A stretch of DNA of 64,000 bases from an uncultured Phycisphaerales bacterium (lineage in GTDB: Bacteria > Planctomycetota > Phycisphaerae > Tepidisphaerales > Tepidisphaeraceae): positions 608,001 through 672,000 of the forward strand of contig CAVWLP010000002.1 in the NCBI GenBank assembly GCA_963755915.1, read 5' to 3'. A program made the position numbers and the translations under genes. The stretch's first letter is position 1, and the number at the start of each line of letters is the position of its first letter. The notes under the pieces are model-generated. The model searched no databases, was not told where the DNA came from, and saw nothing but the letters and a program-made list of their open reading frames with translations. Of the stretch, positions 1 to 10,400 are shown in pieces.

Positions 1-199
1 AGTGCGCGATCACATGGTCATCACTGAAGGCCCAGAGTGCGGCCGACCACATGATGCTCAGGATAATCAGCACGTTGAGCAGCCAGGTGACATCGCCTTG
101 GATGAGGCCAAAACCGCTGTTGATCGCGTTGATGTACTGGTTGGCCACATCGTTGATCAGATCGGGGCCGTAATCCAGGGCCAGAATATTCATCGCCAT
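1..199 (-). CDS. trbL: P-type conjugative transfer protein TrbL (VirB6-like), N-terminal part, runs off the window
   Basis: Manual minus-strand translation from ATG at 199: MAMNILALDYGPDLINDVANQYINAINSGFGLIQGDVTWLLNVLIILSIMWSAALWAF. The INSGFGLI motif followed by a TM helix is typical of TrbL, and it lies directly after trbJ. Confidence 0.8.
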   Translation of the reverse strand, partial: MAMNILALDYGPDLINDVANQYINAINSGFGLIQGDVTWLLNVLIILSIMWSAALWAFSDDHVIAH

Positions 200-245
200 T
201 GCGCTCACCTCCTTTGAGTCATCCGAAAACAAGTGAATTCAGTTC

Positions 246-980
246 CTATTGGTTCGCGAGCGGGAAGGCGTTCACGAGTGACGAACTGGGCTGCTGGGGA
301 TTAGTCCAGTCACCGCGGACGGCTTGGCGCTGCTGCAGGGCGTAAGCTTCTTCCGCCTGTTCCTCTGCATTTCTCTCGACTTCACCTCGGGCGTCGGTGA
401 TTTCCTGGGCCTGAAGTGATTGAAGTTGCCCCACCAGCGTTCCTACTTCCTCATTGCCGGCCTGCACAGCGGCAGTGGCACCGGATGCGGAGTTGGAATG
501 ATTCACGTAATCTTGAATTCGCTGGGCGGTGGGTTGCAGGTTCAGGTAGGTTTCGTTTTGGACAGTGCGGTTTTCCACCAAAACGCTTCGCTCTTCCTGA
601 TCCCAGCCGGTTTCCATCGACTGATAATTTGCGTCCGTCATGCTCGCGTAGCTGCTCGGATCGTCGGGATACTGGCTGCTCAGCGCCGGTCCCGGATTGG
701 AGGAGGAGTACGTTGTGCCGGCCTGTCCGAACACCTGCTGCCAGATGCCCATACTCTGCAGGATTCCGGGCAATTCGGTGAAGTTCCAGCTTTTCAGCAT
801 CGCAAGCTGGTTCTGGACTTCCTCTTTGAATTGCTCGACGAGCCGGATGTCGTCCGTGACCTGGAGGACCGCTTCCACAAAGTTGGCTGGGTCAAAGACG
901 ATTTCCGCGCGAGCGAACGAGGGCACCAAGATGGCCGCAGCCACCGCACCGATCAAAAGTTGTTTCTTGAAGCGTGTCAT
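246..980 (-). CDS. trbJ: P-type conjugative transfer protein TrbJ (VirB5-like), copy 2
   Basis: Likely start MTRFKKQLLIGAVAAAILVPSFARA (signal peptide), then IVFDPANF, a Gln-rich helical body and SASGATAAVQAGN. The ORF track merges it with the upstream paralogue through a frameshift. Confidence 0.8.
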   Translation of the reverse strand: MTRFKKQLLIGAVAAAILVPSFARAEIVFDPANFVEAVLQVTDDIRLVEQFKEEVQNQLAMLKSWNFTELPGILQSMGIWQQVFGQAGTTYSSSNPGPALSSQYPDDPSSYASMTDANYQSMETGWDQEERSVLVENRTVQNETYLNLQPTAQRIQDYVNHSNSASGATAAVQAGNEEVGTLVGQLQSLQAQEITDARGEVERNAEEQAEEAYALQQRQAVRGDWTNPQQPSSSLVNAFPLANQ

Positions 981-1032
981 GACAAATCTCCATTTGTTCA
1001 GGCTGTTTTCAATTCTGAATTGCTTATTCCGG

Positions 1033-1812
1033 TTAGTTGGAGAATGGATCGACGACCGTCTCTGTCGGCGGCGCCGGGTTGTCCCAGCCGCGCGGACCCG
1101 CTCACGTTCTGCCGCGGCGTACGACAATTCCGACTGCTGCTTGGCCAGACTTTCAGTTTTAAGCCGGGAGCGCACCGTCTTCAGGGCCTCAAGTTTGACC
1201 AGTTCCCCCGATGCCACCGCAAGCAAGTCGTTGTGGGCCTGGATCGCGGAGGTTTCGCCGGAGGCTGAGTTGGATGCATCGACGATTCCCTGCACCTGCT
1301 GCGCAGTTGTCGTCATATCCTGGTAGTCTTGGTTTTCCAGTTGCCGGTTCTCCACCACGGCTTGGCGCTGGTCATCCGTCCAGGTCGATTCATCCGACTG
1401 GTACTGATCCCACGTGACATTGCTCATATCGGCGGGAAACCGAGAATCAAGCTGGCTGGCCGGATCGAGTGTGCTGTAGAGACTGGAGTCCAGTTGCCCT
1501 TCCATACCGGAAATGATTCCGGCAATGTTCGGCACGACATTGAGATTCAGGTGTTCCAGTTCCTTGACCTCGTTTTCGACCTGCTGGATAGCCTGGTCGA
1601 TTTCATCACCCAGGCACAACGTCCAAAATGTGTTCGACGAGCGACAAAGGATCGAGAACAATCGAGGCAAGAAAACCGGCTGACGCGGGACGGACAGGCC
1701 CAAGCAACATTGCAGCGCCAACCGCCAGCACGATGAGTGCGATTGCGCTACGCCGTGAGGATTTTGGCTTCGGAGTTGTTGCCGCTGACAATGTTATTTT
1801 CAGGTTGCTCAT
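1033..1812 (-). CDS. TrbJ-like protein, copy 1 (two apparent frameshifts)
   Basis: Signal peptide plus IVLDP (ORF 1606-1827), continuing as DEIDQAIQQVENE...SASGETSAIQAHN in the 246-1721 frame, and ending WDNPAPPTETVVDPFSN* at 1033. Parallels copy 2 throughout. Confidence 0.65.
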
Positions 1813-4273
1813 GACTGTTCCTTTCACAATCGAATTTGCTCACACGCTCGGACCAGCGCACCAGACCCCGCTCCTGTAGGTACGCAGCGTCAAACTGCTC
1901 TGGCCCGTGCTCCTTGAGGACTTTGGTGATGCGCACTTGATCCTGTGGCGATCCCGCTGCGCAGAATGCCAGCGCGAGCTCGCCTAGACCCAGCTCAAAG
2001 AGCCTGTTCCCGTCCCGACTCTGGTAGTAATAATCCCGCTTGGGGACGGCCTGCTGGAGGATTTGCAGTTGCCGTTCGTTGAGGCCGAACGACTCGTAAA
2101 CCTTTCGTGTACGCTCCTCCATCGCGTTGCCGTTGGGCAGGAAGATGCGCGTGGGGCAGTTCTCGATGATCGCCGGGGCGATAGCGCTTTCGGCGATATC
2201 CGAGAGACTCTGCGTGGCGAAGATAACCGCCACGTTCTTCTTTCGGAGAACCTTTAGCCACTCCCGGATCTTGGCGGCAAAGAGGGATTCGGTCAGATAC
2301 AGCCACGCCTCATCCAGAATCATCAGGGTGGGAGAGCCGTCGAACCGCTTTTCCAAACGCCGGAACAGATACGTCAGCACCGGCAGAAGCGCCGAGCGGC
2401 TGTGCATCAGGTGTTCCATCTCAAACGCCTGCCAGCGGGAGATGCGCTGGCCCTCACGCTCCGTCAGTGTGTCCTCGTTCGCGTCCAGTAAACGTCCATG
2501 CGGACCGTCGAGGGTGTAGCTGCGCAACGCCTGGCGCACATCCGCATCCTGGATCACGCCCAGCAACGTGCTGAGGGTGCGCTGATATCGGGGCATGGAA
2601 GCGAGATTGGTCAGCGCCGTCCAAAGCTCCTGCTTTGTCGCCGGCGTCACCTGGGCTTTTTCGCGGTGCAGCAGGTCCGCCACCCAGTCCTGCGCCCAGA
2701 CGAGTTCCGATTCATCTTCAATCCCCGCGAGAGGCTGGAAGCAAATCTCTTCCCCTTCCCCGGCCAGATCGTAAAAGTCGCCACCCATCGCCAGAGTCAT
2801 GGCGCGGCAACTGGCGCCCTTGTCAAAGATGTAAACTCGCGCATTCGGATATCGCAGCCATTGACACGATAGCAGGTTCAAGAGCGTGGATTTTCCAGCG
2901 CCGGTGGGACCGGCCACGATCGTGTGGCCGACATCGCCCTGGTGCAGCGAGAGTCGAAACGGCGTTGAACCCTTGGTGCGCGTGACCAGCAGTGGCGGAC
3001 CTTCCAAATGGGCACATCGCGCCGGCCCCGACCAGACAGCGCTCAGCGGCACCAGGTCGCAAACATTCAGTGAGGAGATCAGCGGGCGTCGCACATCGGC
3101 ATAGGCATGACCGGGCAGACCTCCCATCCACGCCTGTACCGCGTTGAAGTCTTCGATTTCGGAAATGAGACCCACTCCATCCACGACCTGCTGAACCGCG
3201 CGGGCTTTTTCAGTCGCGGTTTGCTCGTTTTCATCCCAAACCGTGAGCGTGAGGGTAAAACCCCCGAATGAGCAGTGATCGCCGCCGAGTTCCTGGAGTG
3301 CATCGTCTACATCCTGGGCCTTGTTCAAGCTGTCGGAATCTTCCAGCTTGCTTTCCTGTTTGGTGATCGCCTCCTTGAGCAGAGTCACCATTCCCTTGCG
3401 CTTGGAGAACCATTGGCGGCGGAGTTTGTTCAGGTAGCGCGTGGCGTCCGCCTTGTCCATCGGCAGATACCGGCAGACCCAGCGGTACTCGATCGGGAGT
3501 TCATTCAGACGGTCGAGCAGGCACGGGAGCGTGCGGTTGACATACGCGCGGATCGAGACGGTCTTGAGAAAGAGACGGCCGAGGCGCGGCGATAGCCCAC
3601 CGGATAGAGCCCGGTCGGTGATCATTTCATCCAGATAGAACGGAACATCCGGTACCGCGACGCTCAGCCGCCGATCCGAGATGCACGAGTGCAGGTAGGT
3701 CAGTATCTCGCCGTCGTCTAAAGGATGGACTTCAGGCATGAACGATGACATCAGATTGACGATTTGTTCGACTTGGCCCAGGAAGTGATCGAAATGGGCG
3801 CGATACGAGACCTGTCCGTCCTCATTGCTATTGGGCCGTTCGATGAACAGATCGCCAAGCCGTGTCATGCTTTCGGCCGGCGGCAGATAGGTGAAGGTGA
3901 TGAAGCACTGGCTTTCAAAGTGCTGGCTATCCGCCGCAAAGGAGTCCCGGCGTTCCCGATCAATCATTGCCGCGATCGCGCTGGGAAACTCGCTTCCCGG
4001 ATAGACATGGGCCAACCGCCTTGCGGCCTCCATATGCACGCACCAGTGAGAACCCAGGCGACGCAGGACGTTGTTCATCCTCGCCCGCGCGGCAACCAGT
4101 TCGTGTGGCGTGGAGCTATCCAGGTCCGGACCGCGGAAGGCGACCGTTTTCTGCAGGCTCCCGTCCTTGTTGAGCACAACGCCGGGCCCGATGAGGGTCG
4201 CCCACGGCAGATGGTCAGCGAGGCGCTGAGGATGTTTGCGGTATTCACCAAGGTTCCACATGAGACGTCTCAT
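1748..4273 (-). CDS. trbE: Conjugal transfer ATPase TrbE (VirB4 family)
   Basis: 841 aa; LADHLPWA...NKDGSLQ N-terminus, Walker A GPTGAGKS, Walker B LILDEAW, FATQS and NCPTRIFLPN motifs. Confidence 0.95.
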   Translation of the reverse strand: MRRLMWNLGEYRKHPQRLADHLPWATLIGPGVVLNKDGSLQKTVAFRGPDLDSSTPHELVAARARMNNVLRRLGSHWCVHMEAARRLAHVYPGSEFPSAIAAMIDRERRDSFAADSQHFESQCFITFTYLPPAESMTRLGDLFIERPNSNEDGQVSYRAHFDHFLGQVEQIVNLMSSFMPEVHPLDDGEILTYLHSCISDRRLSVAVPDVPFYLDEMITDRALSGGLSPRLGRLFLKTVSIRAYVNRTLPCLLDRLNELPIEYRWVCRYLPMDKADATRYLNKLRRQWFSKRKGMVTLLKEAITKQESKLEDSDSLNKAQDVDDALQELGGDHCSFGGFTLTLTVWDENEQTATEKARAVQQVVDGVGLISEIEDFNAVQAWMGGLPGHAYADVRRPLISSLNVCDLVPLSAVWSGPARCAHLEGPPLLVTRTKGSTPFRLSLHQGDVGHTIVAGPTGAGKSTLLNLLSCQWLRYPNARVYIFDKGASCRAMTLAMGGDFYDLAGEGEEICFQPLAGIEDESELVWAQDWVADLLHREKAQVTPATKQELWTALTNLASMPRYQRTLSTLLGVIQDADVRQALRSYTLDGPHGRLLDANEDTLTEREGQRISRWQAFEMEHLMHSRSALLPVLTYLFRRLEKRFDGSPTLMILDEAWLYLTESLFAAKIREWLKVLRKKNVAVIFATQSLSDIAESAIAPAIIENCPTRIFLPNGNAMEERTRKVYESFGLNERQLQILQQAVPKRDYYYQSRDGNRLFELGLGELALAFCAAGSPQDQVRITKVLKEHGPEQFDAAYLQERGLVRWSERVSKFDCERNSHEQPENNIVSGNNSEAKILTA

Positions 4274-4567
4274 TCAATTCAGGAGATCCAAATGCGTTGG
4301 CTGGCGGACATGGCGGCGGAAGATGTCAAACCAGTGCGGATCGCGCTTGCTCATCAGCACCGCTGTCGCGTGCATCGCCGCACCGGCTGGAAATCCCAGC
4401 CACCACAGGTGCAGGCCCATTCCGACGACCAGGGCCAGCGTGCCGTTGAGAATCGCAAAGGTCCGCGGCGCGCCGCCCATTAGGATCGGCTGCGTCAGTG
4501 CCACGTGCAGTGGCACCTCATAACCTTGGATTTCCTCTGGTCGCTCAGAAGTCCATAGCCTTACCAC
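4274..4567 (-). CDS. trbD: TrbD / VirB3 family protein
   Basis: VPLHVALTQPILMGGAPR...NGT...RDP motif, two TM segments, located between trbC and trbE. Confidence 0.9.
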   Translation of the reverse strand: MVRLWTSERPEEIQGYEVPLHVALTQPILMGGAPRTFAILNGTLALVVGMGLHLWWLGFPAGAAMHATAVLMSKRDPHWFDIFRRHVRQPTHLDLLN

Positions 4568-4926
4568 CCAGCGCCGCCGTCAAAACCGAAGAACGTCACG
4601 CCGAAGCTCGTGGCCGTCACGGCAATGGACACGCCCAGGAGCAAGCCCAGGATGCGCCGCAGTCCTCCGCCTTCACTAAACGCGAAGCCGAAGCCGAGCA
4701 CCACGATGGCCAGGATGCATAGTGCCTTGGCCACCGGACCCGTGAAGCTCGCCAGGATTTGGTTCAATGGGCCTTCCCACGGTAGTGGCTGGCCACCATT
4801 GGCAGCGGCTGCGCGGGCCGTGTTCGGAATCGCCACGGAAATTGCGGTGCCGACGAGGGTCGGCACTAGCAGAGAAGATCGACTCAGAATTCGGCCTTTC
4901 ATGGGATTACTCCTTTTGTTGTTCAC
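4561..4926 (-). CDS. trbC: TrbC / VirB2 family pilin
   Basis: Signal peptide, LPWEGPL...SFTGPVA motif, two hydrophobic helices, Gly-rich C-terminus. Confidence 0.9.
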   Translation of the reverse strand: MNNKRSNPMKGRILSRSSLLVPTLVGTAISVAIPNTARAAAANGGQPLPWEGPLNQILASFTGPVAKALCILAIVVLGFGFAFSEGGGLRRILGLLLGVSIAVTATSFGVTFFGFDGGAGW

Positions 4927-4960
4927 TACTGAATGGCATTGACTAATGCGATGCCTTATT

Positions 4961-5002
4961 CGGTATGGACAATACCGTACACATGCCGAACATCCGAGTC
5001 AA
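4961..5002 (-). promoter_or_regulatory. Putative sigma70 promoter of the trb operon with overlapping palindromic operator
   Basis: Minus strand TTGACT (4997-5002), 17 bp spacer, TACGGT (4974-4979). Palindrome CGGTAT-GGACA-ATACCG at 4961-4977 overlaps the -10 box. Confidence 0.55.
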
Positions 5003-5430
5003 GCAAAATGTTCGCAGTTTGTTTGGGTCAGATTGAATTTCCTGAGTAGGCAGAAATATTTACCTCGCGCGGCGGGGAGAGGAACTTCAATGGGTGGTGG
5101 CAATCCAATGCGTCACGCGGGACATGTCGATTAGGATATTGCCGCTCCCATTGGCAGAGATAGTGCTGCTTAAGATTTGGGAATCCCACTACTCGCCGCG
5201 TAGCTAAATCGAATCGGAGTCGCGCTTGGGGGAGAGAATCGAAAAAACGTGAGACTTTGAGACTGCTGCGTCTAACCTTTGGGAATTGATGTACTTCTGT
5301 CTCGGATTTTAGCCTCAACCGTCCAAAGTGATGGGACTGTTGCCATGGAAGCGATAGGAGAAAGATTGAAAACCACAGACAACTAAAGCCCCGCTGATCG
5401 AGACAGCGAACCGACTGAGCCCAGCGCGAT

Positions 5431-5682
5431 CTATTCCTCGTCGTGCGATCCCGCACCGATTCGCTGGCGATGCATTTGGGCCATCGCGGCACGTTCTTCC
5501 GCGCCCGCATCTAACCAGTGCAGTATCAGGGCCTCAATTACCCTTTTGGGATTTGACAAGTGCTGCGCGCAGTCGTCTTCAAAAGCAGCGAAGGTTTTGC
5601 TATCGAAACGATACGTCCGCTGGATCGTCTTGGGGTGTGGTTCCGGCTTCGACGTGCCGCGAGTCGAACGGGGGCTGGCCAT
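5431..5682 (-). CDS. Small ribbon-helix-helix (CopG/Arc-like) DNA-binding protein
   Basis: 83 aa; alternating beta pattern TIQRTYRF followed by two amphipathic helices (SKTFAAFEDDCAQH, NPKRVIEALILHWL). Lies upstream of the trb genes. Confidence 0.55.
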   Translation of the reverse strand: MASPRSTRGTSKPEPHPKTIQRTYRFDSKTFAAFEDDCAQHLSNPKRVIEALILHWLDAGAEERAAMAQMHRQRIGAGSHDEE

Positions 5683-5691
5683 AGTTTAAAC

Positions 5692-5726
5692 ATTCTATTG
5701 CAAATACGATGGTATGCAAGATACCA
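5692..5726 (-). promoter_or_regulatory. Putative promoter of the RHH gene with palindromic operator
   Basis: Minus strand TTGCAT (5714-5719), 16 bp spacer, TAGAAT (5692-5697), 9 bp before the ATG. Palindrome TGGTAT-GCAAG-ATACCA at 5710-5726 covers the -35 box. Confidence 0.55.
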
Positions 5727-6110
5727 AACAAACAATTTGAAGTTATTCGGGAAGAAACGGCTATGCGTATTCACCCGGCTTACAACAGCATCCATGCTGC
5801 GCTACAACACGTTTTGCCCACTGTAACCGGGTTTTCACGGCATTTTGTATCGAGCATGTGACCCAATCTATACGAATATCCGCGCCTCACGATGGTCGAT
5901 CGCCATCAGTAAATGCATGCCAACCGCTGTGGAAGGTGGCATAGCCGGACCGACGGTCCGTTTCTACTATTAAAAATGTCAAAGTATGGTGATCCCAATT
6001 GCCTGCTGGTTTCGGAAGGCGCCACCCCCAGAAAATGTTCGTTGTGAATAGATTTGACATTCGGCCATCATCTGGTTGAAATTCATCCACTTTTTGGACG
6101 ATAATCAACC

Positions 6111-7379
6111 ATGGCTCAACTTTCCCGCCATCTTGCCGGTCCCGTCCTGGCATCCCTCAAGGACAGTCCAGTCGTGTTCATTCAAGGCGCTCGGCAAACG
6201 GGTAAGAGCACCCTTGCCCAATCGCTTGCGGCGCTTGGGCATCCAGCTCGTTATCTTACGCTGGATGATGCCGCGACACTTGCCGCAGCCCAGGGCGATC
6301 CCCAGGGATTCGTCGCGGGCCTGAACGGTCCCGTGATCCTTGATGAAGTCCAACGAGCCGGCGGCCTTGCGCTGGCAATTAAGTCGGCTGTCGATGCTCA
6401 TCGAACACCGGGGCAATTCCTGTTAACCGGCTCTGCCAACGTTCTGTTGTTGCCCAAACTATCGGAGTCGTTGGCCGGCCGCATTGAAATTCATACTCTC
6501 TGGCCACTGTCGCAAGGTGAAATGGCCAAGGATCAGGACAACTTCATTGATGCCGTTTTCAAGAGCCGCTTTGTCGCTGACGATGTCAAAGGCGAAGGTT
6601 GGCAAAAGCTTGTCGAACGACTGGTTCAGGGGGGTTATCCGGAAATGCTCCAGCGCACTGATGCTCAGCGCCGCAGGGCATGGTTTGGCTCATATATCAC
6701 AACCATCCTCCAAAGAGACGTGCGCGATATCTCGAATATCCGCGACCTTGCCGATCTACCCCGACTCTTGACCTTGGTGGCCTCTCGCACAGCATCGCTA
6801 CTCGATTACGCGGACCTCTCGCGCAGCCTGGCAATGCCGCAAACCACGCTCAAGCGATACATGGGACTTTTGCAAGCGACGTTTCTCATTCAAATGCTTC
6901 CGGCGTGGTTTACCAATATCGGCAAACGGTTGGTCAAATCGCCCAAGTCGCTTTTGAACGACACCGGGTTGTTAGTCCACTTGCTCGGCGCCGACAGTGA
7001 TCGGCTGCGCAACGATCCAACGCTCGGTGGCAATGTGCTCGAAAACTTCGTAGCGATGGAATTGCTAAAACAGCGCGGCTGGTCCAAGTTGCAACCCAAT
7101 CTTTTCCACTTCCGAACCCACAACGGCGATGAAGTCGATCTTGTCCTTGAAGATCCGTCTGGCCGTATCGTGGGTATCGAGGTTAAGGCCTCGGCTTCCG
7201 TCAATGCCGGGAATTTTAAGGGACTGAAAGCGCTTGCGGATGCGACCGGTGATCGATTCCAGCGCGGCATTGTGCTCTACGCCGGAAACTCGGCGGTGCC
7301 ATTCGGCAAAAATCTACTGGGCGCTACCGATGCCATCCCTTTGGGAACAATACGAACAAACACACAAATAACCAGTTGA
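6111..7379 (+). CDS. AAA family ATPase with C-terminal DUF4143 (PD-(D/E)XK-like) domain
   Basis: Walker A GARQTGKS, Walker B ILDEVQR, LLTGS, GGYP, ENFV and EVDLV...GIEVK. A probable indel near 7317 would restore the usual NLWALP..LW ending. Confidence 0.9.
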   Translation: MAQLSRHLAGPVLASLKDSPVVFIQGARQTGKSTLAQSLAALGHPARYLTLDDAATLAAAQGDPQGFVAGLNGPVILDEVQRAGGLALAIKSAVDAHRTPGQFLLTGSANVLLLPKLSESLAGRIEIHTLWPLSQGEMAKDQDNFIDAVFKSRFVADDVKGEGWQKLVERLVQGGYPEMLQRTDAQRRRAWFGSYITTILQRDVRDISNIRDLADLPRLLTLVASRTASLLDYADLSRSLAMPQTTLKRYMGLLQATFLIQMLPAWFTNIGKRLVKSPKSLLNDTGLLVHLLGADSDRLRNDPTLGGNVLENFVAMELLKQRGWSKLQPNLFHFRTHNGDEVDLVLEDPSGRIVGIEVKASASVNAGNFKGLKALADATGDRFQRGIVLYAGNSAVPFGKNLLGATDAIPLGTIRTNTQITS

Positions 7380-7437
7380 GCTTACTCACTCTGAGCTTCC
7401 TGGCTATCAACCTTTTGCAAGTTGTCAAGCACCGTAA

Positions 7438-10400
7438 TCAGCCAACCTTGCCCCAACAACGATTCTTGCGGCGTAACACGGGCCGATAAGACGCGTCGGC
7501 GGAGGCAGCCTCCGTTTCCGTAATCCCGAGCTTGTGCATTTGCTCTCTAAGTTCTTGTATCTTTCGCAGGTCTTGTAAAACGGCCCTGTCCTGCGGCGTG
7601 GATTGTTGCGCTGTGATGTACCGTGCGAATTCCGCGGCGTTCACTTCTTGCTTCGCGCCGTTTCCACGGAATCTGCCGATAGACGATGCGAGTTCATCCT
7701 TGATCTCCTGGGTTCGGCTGCTGCCATCCGCATGGAAGAACACGGGCCGATAGTATCGCTGAAGTGTCAATCTCAATCGGTCCGCGTCGAGCCGGGCGAG
7801 GGTGATCGGCCGATTGGTTTGGTCGTGCCGAGTCGGAAGGTCATTGAAAATGACGATTCCATCGAGCCGGTCCTGAAAATCCTGGTCTCTTGTATCCTGT
7901 GAATCGACGCCCAATTCCTGCGAATCCTGAGGCTCGGGCAATGACGGCCGAGGCGAAATCACGGGAGGCGGCGCCGACTGAGCCACGAGCGCGATTCCCG
8001 AACCGGCCCGTTCGACATGAGATACCGACGGCGCGGGATGGTTAAAGATCGTGTCAGGTCCAAGAATCAGTTCACCAGTGGGATCGAGTGTTTCGTTGCC
8101 CAGGAGGTTGAATACGAGGGCCTCCACGAACAGACTCTGGTATCCGCGTAATGTCCCCGCCGGCAACGCAGTTGTCGCCCCATTGAACGTCACATCCCGC
8201 GCTTCAAGCTCGACATTGGTGTGCGAAAATTGAGTAATTCCCGGAGCGTTCACTGTTAAGCGATTGAGCGAGACGTTTGCTCCAATATCTCCATTAATCG
8301 CCGCATTGCCCGTGGAGACGAGCCTAAGATTTGCGGTGTCCGCAATCTCACCGTTGATCGGTCCGACTGAGAGGATCGCACCCGGGGTCTGTGTCTTAAG
8401 GGTAATGCTGACTGCGGGAACGAGTGCAGGACTGTCGATGGTAAGATTGCCGGACGTGTTGATGTTGGCCCCTAGCGTTACTTCGCCAATGCCGTTGACC
8501 GTCAGACTTGCCAGCGGAGTTGATCCACCGACGACTCCGTTGAACAGCTTGTTGTCGGCACTGGTAATCGTCAGATTGGAGTTGCCGTCCAGGGTGCTTT
8601 GGAACAAAACGCCGCTGCCGCTGAGGGTTTGAGTCGAAGCGCCGAGCGTAACGGCCGTGTCATAATTTTGTGCGCCGCTTGTCGTGACATTTCCATCCAA
8701 CGCTACAATGCCTGCACCGTTTGTTGTGAGGCTCGCCAGAGGAACCTTTGCGCCGACAGCATGATCAAAAGCCATCGCGCCGCCGGTCTGCACCGTCAGG
8801 CCGAACGGCCCATCCACCGTTGACGCGATATCAATTGCTCCAGTGCCGGAAGTCAGTTTCGTATTCGCGCCGAGTGTCACCGCGCCGTCCAACGAAATCG
8901 CGCCGGAGCCGTTGGTGGAAAACGCGCCTTCCACCGTCACTGGAGCGGTGACCGACCAGGAAGCGGCCGTCACCGGCGACGTGGTGCCCGCGCTGTTGAT
9001 CAGCGTAATCTGCTTGTTGATCGACACCGCATCCGAATACGTTCCCGGATCAACATGCAAATCGCCATTGGCGGTCACCAGCATAACGCCGTCGTCGATT
9101 CTTGCCGTGCCTTCCACTCGTACTGTCGTATCGGCCGATGTGCCAATCAATGTTCCGATGGAAACCGGAGCATGCAGCACGATCTCCGGCGCACCAACCG
9201 TTAACGCTGATGGTCCGGTCACGGTCGAATCAAATGTCATGGTGCCGGCGGATGATGTCAGCGTCTGGGGAGATGCGCCCAGCATTACGGCATCCTGATA
9301 CGTCTGGTTTCCGCTCGTCGTCATGTTTGCATCAATCGTGACGCCGTCGCCGCTGGTCGTGACGTTCGTCAATGGCGTTATTCCACCGACGGTCTGGGCG
9401 AATGTAGTTGATCCGCCGCTGTTAACGGTCAAGCCAAACGGCCCATCCACCGTATTGTGGAAGTCGATCGATCCACCACTGGAGACAAAGGTCATATTCG
9501 TTCCCAGCGTCACGGGATCGCCATAGCTCTGGTTCCCGGTGGTATCTATGGACGCGGTCAAAATCTTCGTCGTTTCCCCCGGATGATTCTGATTATCCGT
9601 AGTCAGGCTTGCCAGTGGAGTCGATCCGCCCACCGCCGCGTCGAATTCCGTAACGCCTCCCGTATTGATCGTGAGGGCCGATGCGCCGTTCACCGTTGAA
9701 GTAAACTGGACGTTTCCATCCCCCGTACTTGTCAGGACCGCATCGTGCGGCAATGTCACGGCATCGCCGTAGCTTTGCGGCCGGTGGTCGTCACGTTGGC
9801 CTCAAGCGTTGTTGCGCCGGCTCCGCTCGTTGTGATGCTCGCCATGGCCGAGGTTCCACCGACCGCGCCTTCCAATGTCTTACCGCCCGATGCGCTTAAC
9901 GTCAGATTCGATCCGCCATTGATCGTTCCCTGAAATGTGACGCTGCCACCACTGAGCGTCTGGGCTGTTCCTCCCAAATCGACGGGTCCGCCAAAATCCT
10001 GTGCTCCGGTTGTCGTCACGTTCGCGTCCAGGATCGTCGCACCGGTGCCGGCCGTTGTCAGGCTCGCCAGCGCCGTGGAGCCGCCAACGCTTGCATCGAA
10101 TGTCTTGTTGCCGTTGCTGTCGATTGTCAGATTTGAACCTCCATCCAGCGTCCCTTGGAACGTGATGTTGCCGCCGCTGATCGTCTGCAATGATCCTCCG
10201 AGCGTTACCGCTTCGCCATAGGTTTGCGCTCCCGTCGTCGTCACATTTCCGTCGAGAGCCGTGTCGCCGACTCCGGACGTTGTCAGACTCGCCAGCGCGA
10301 CAGAACCACCCACATTTTGATCGAATGTCTTGGCTCCGGCGCTGCTGACGGCAAGGTTTGAATTGCCATCCACGGCTCCCTGGAAGACCACACTGCCGCC

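Noticed and set aside
246-1721. Single 491-aa double-TrbJ protein
   Set aside because: An internal signal peptide at 980 and an alternative-frame stop at 1033 indicate two genes.
5028-5510. 160-aa minus-strand ORF between the RHH gene and trbC
   Set aside because: It overlaps the RHH gene, has atypical composition and no recognisable motif; coding status unsupported.
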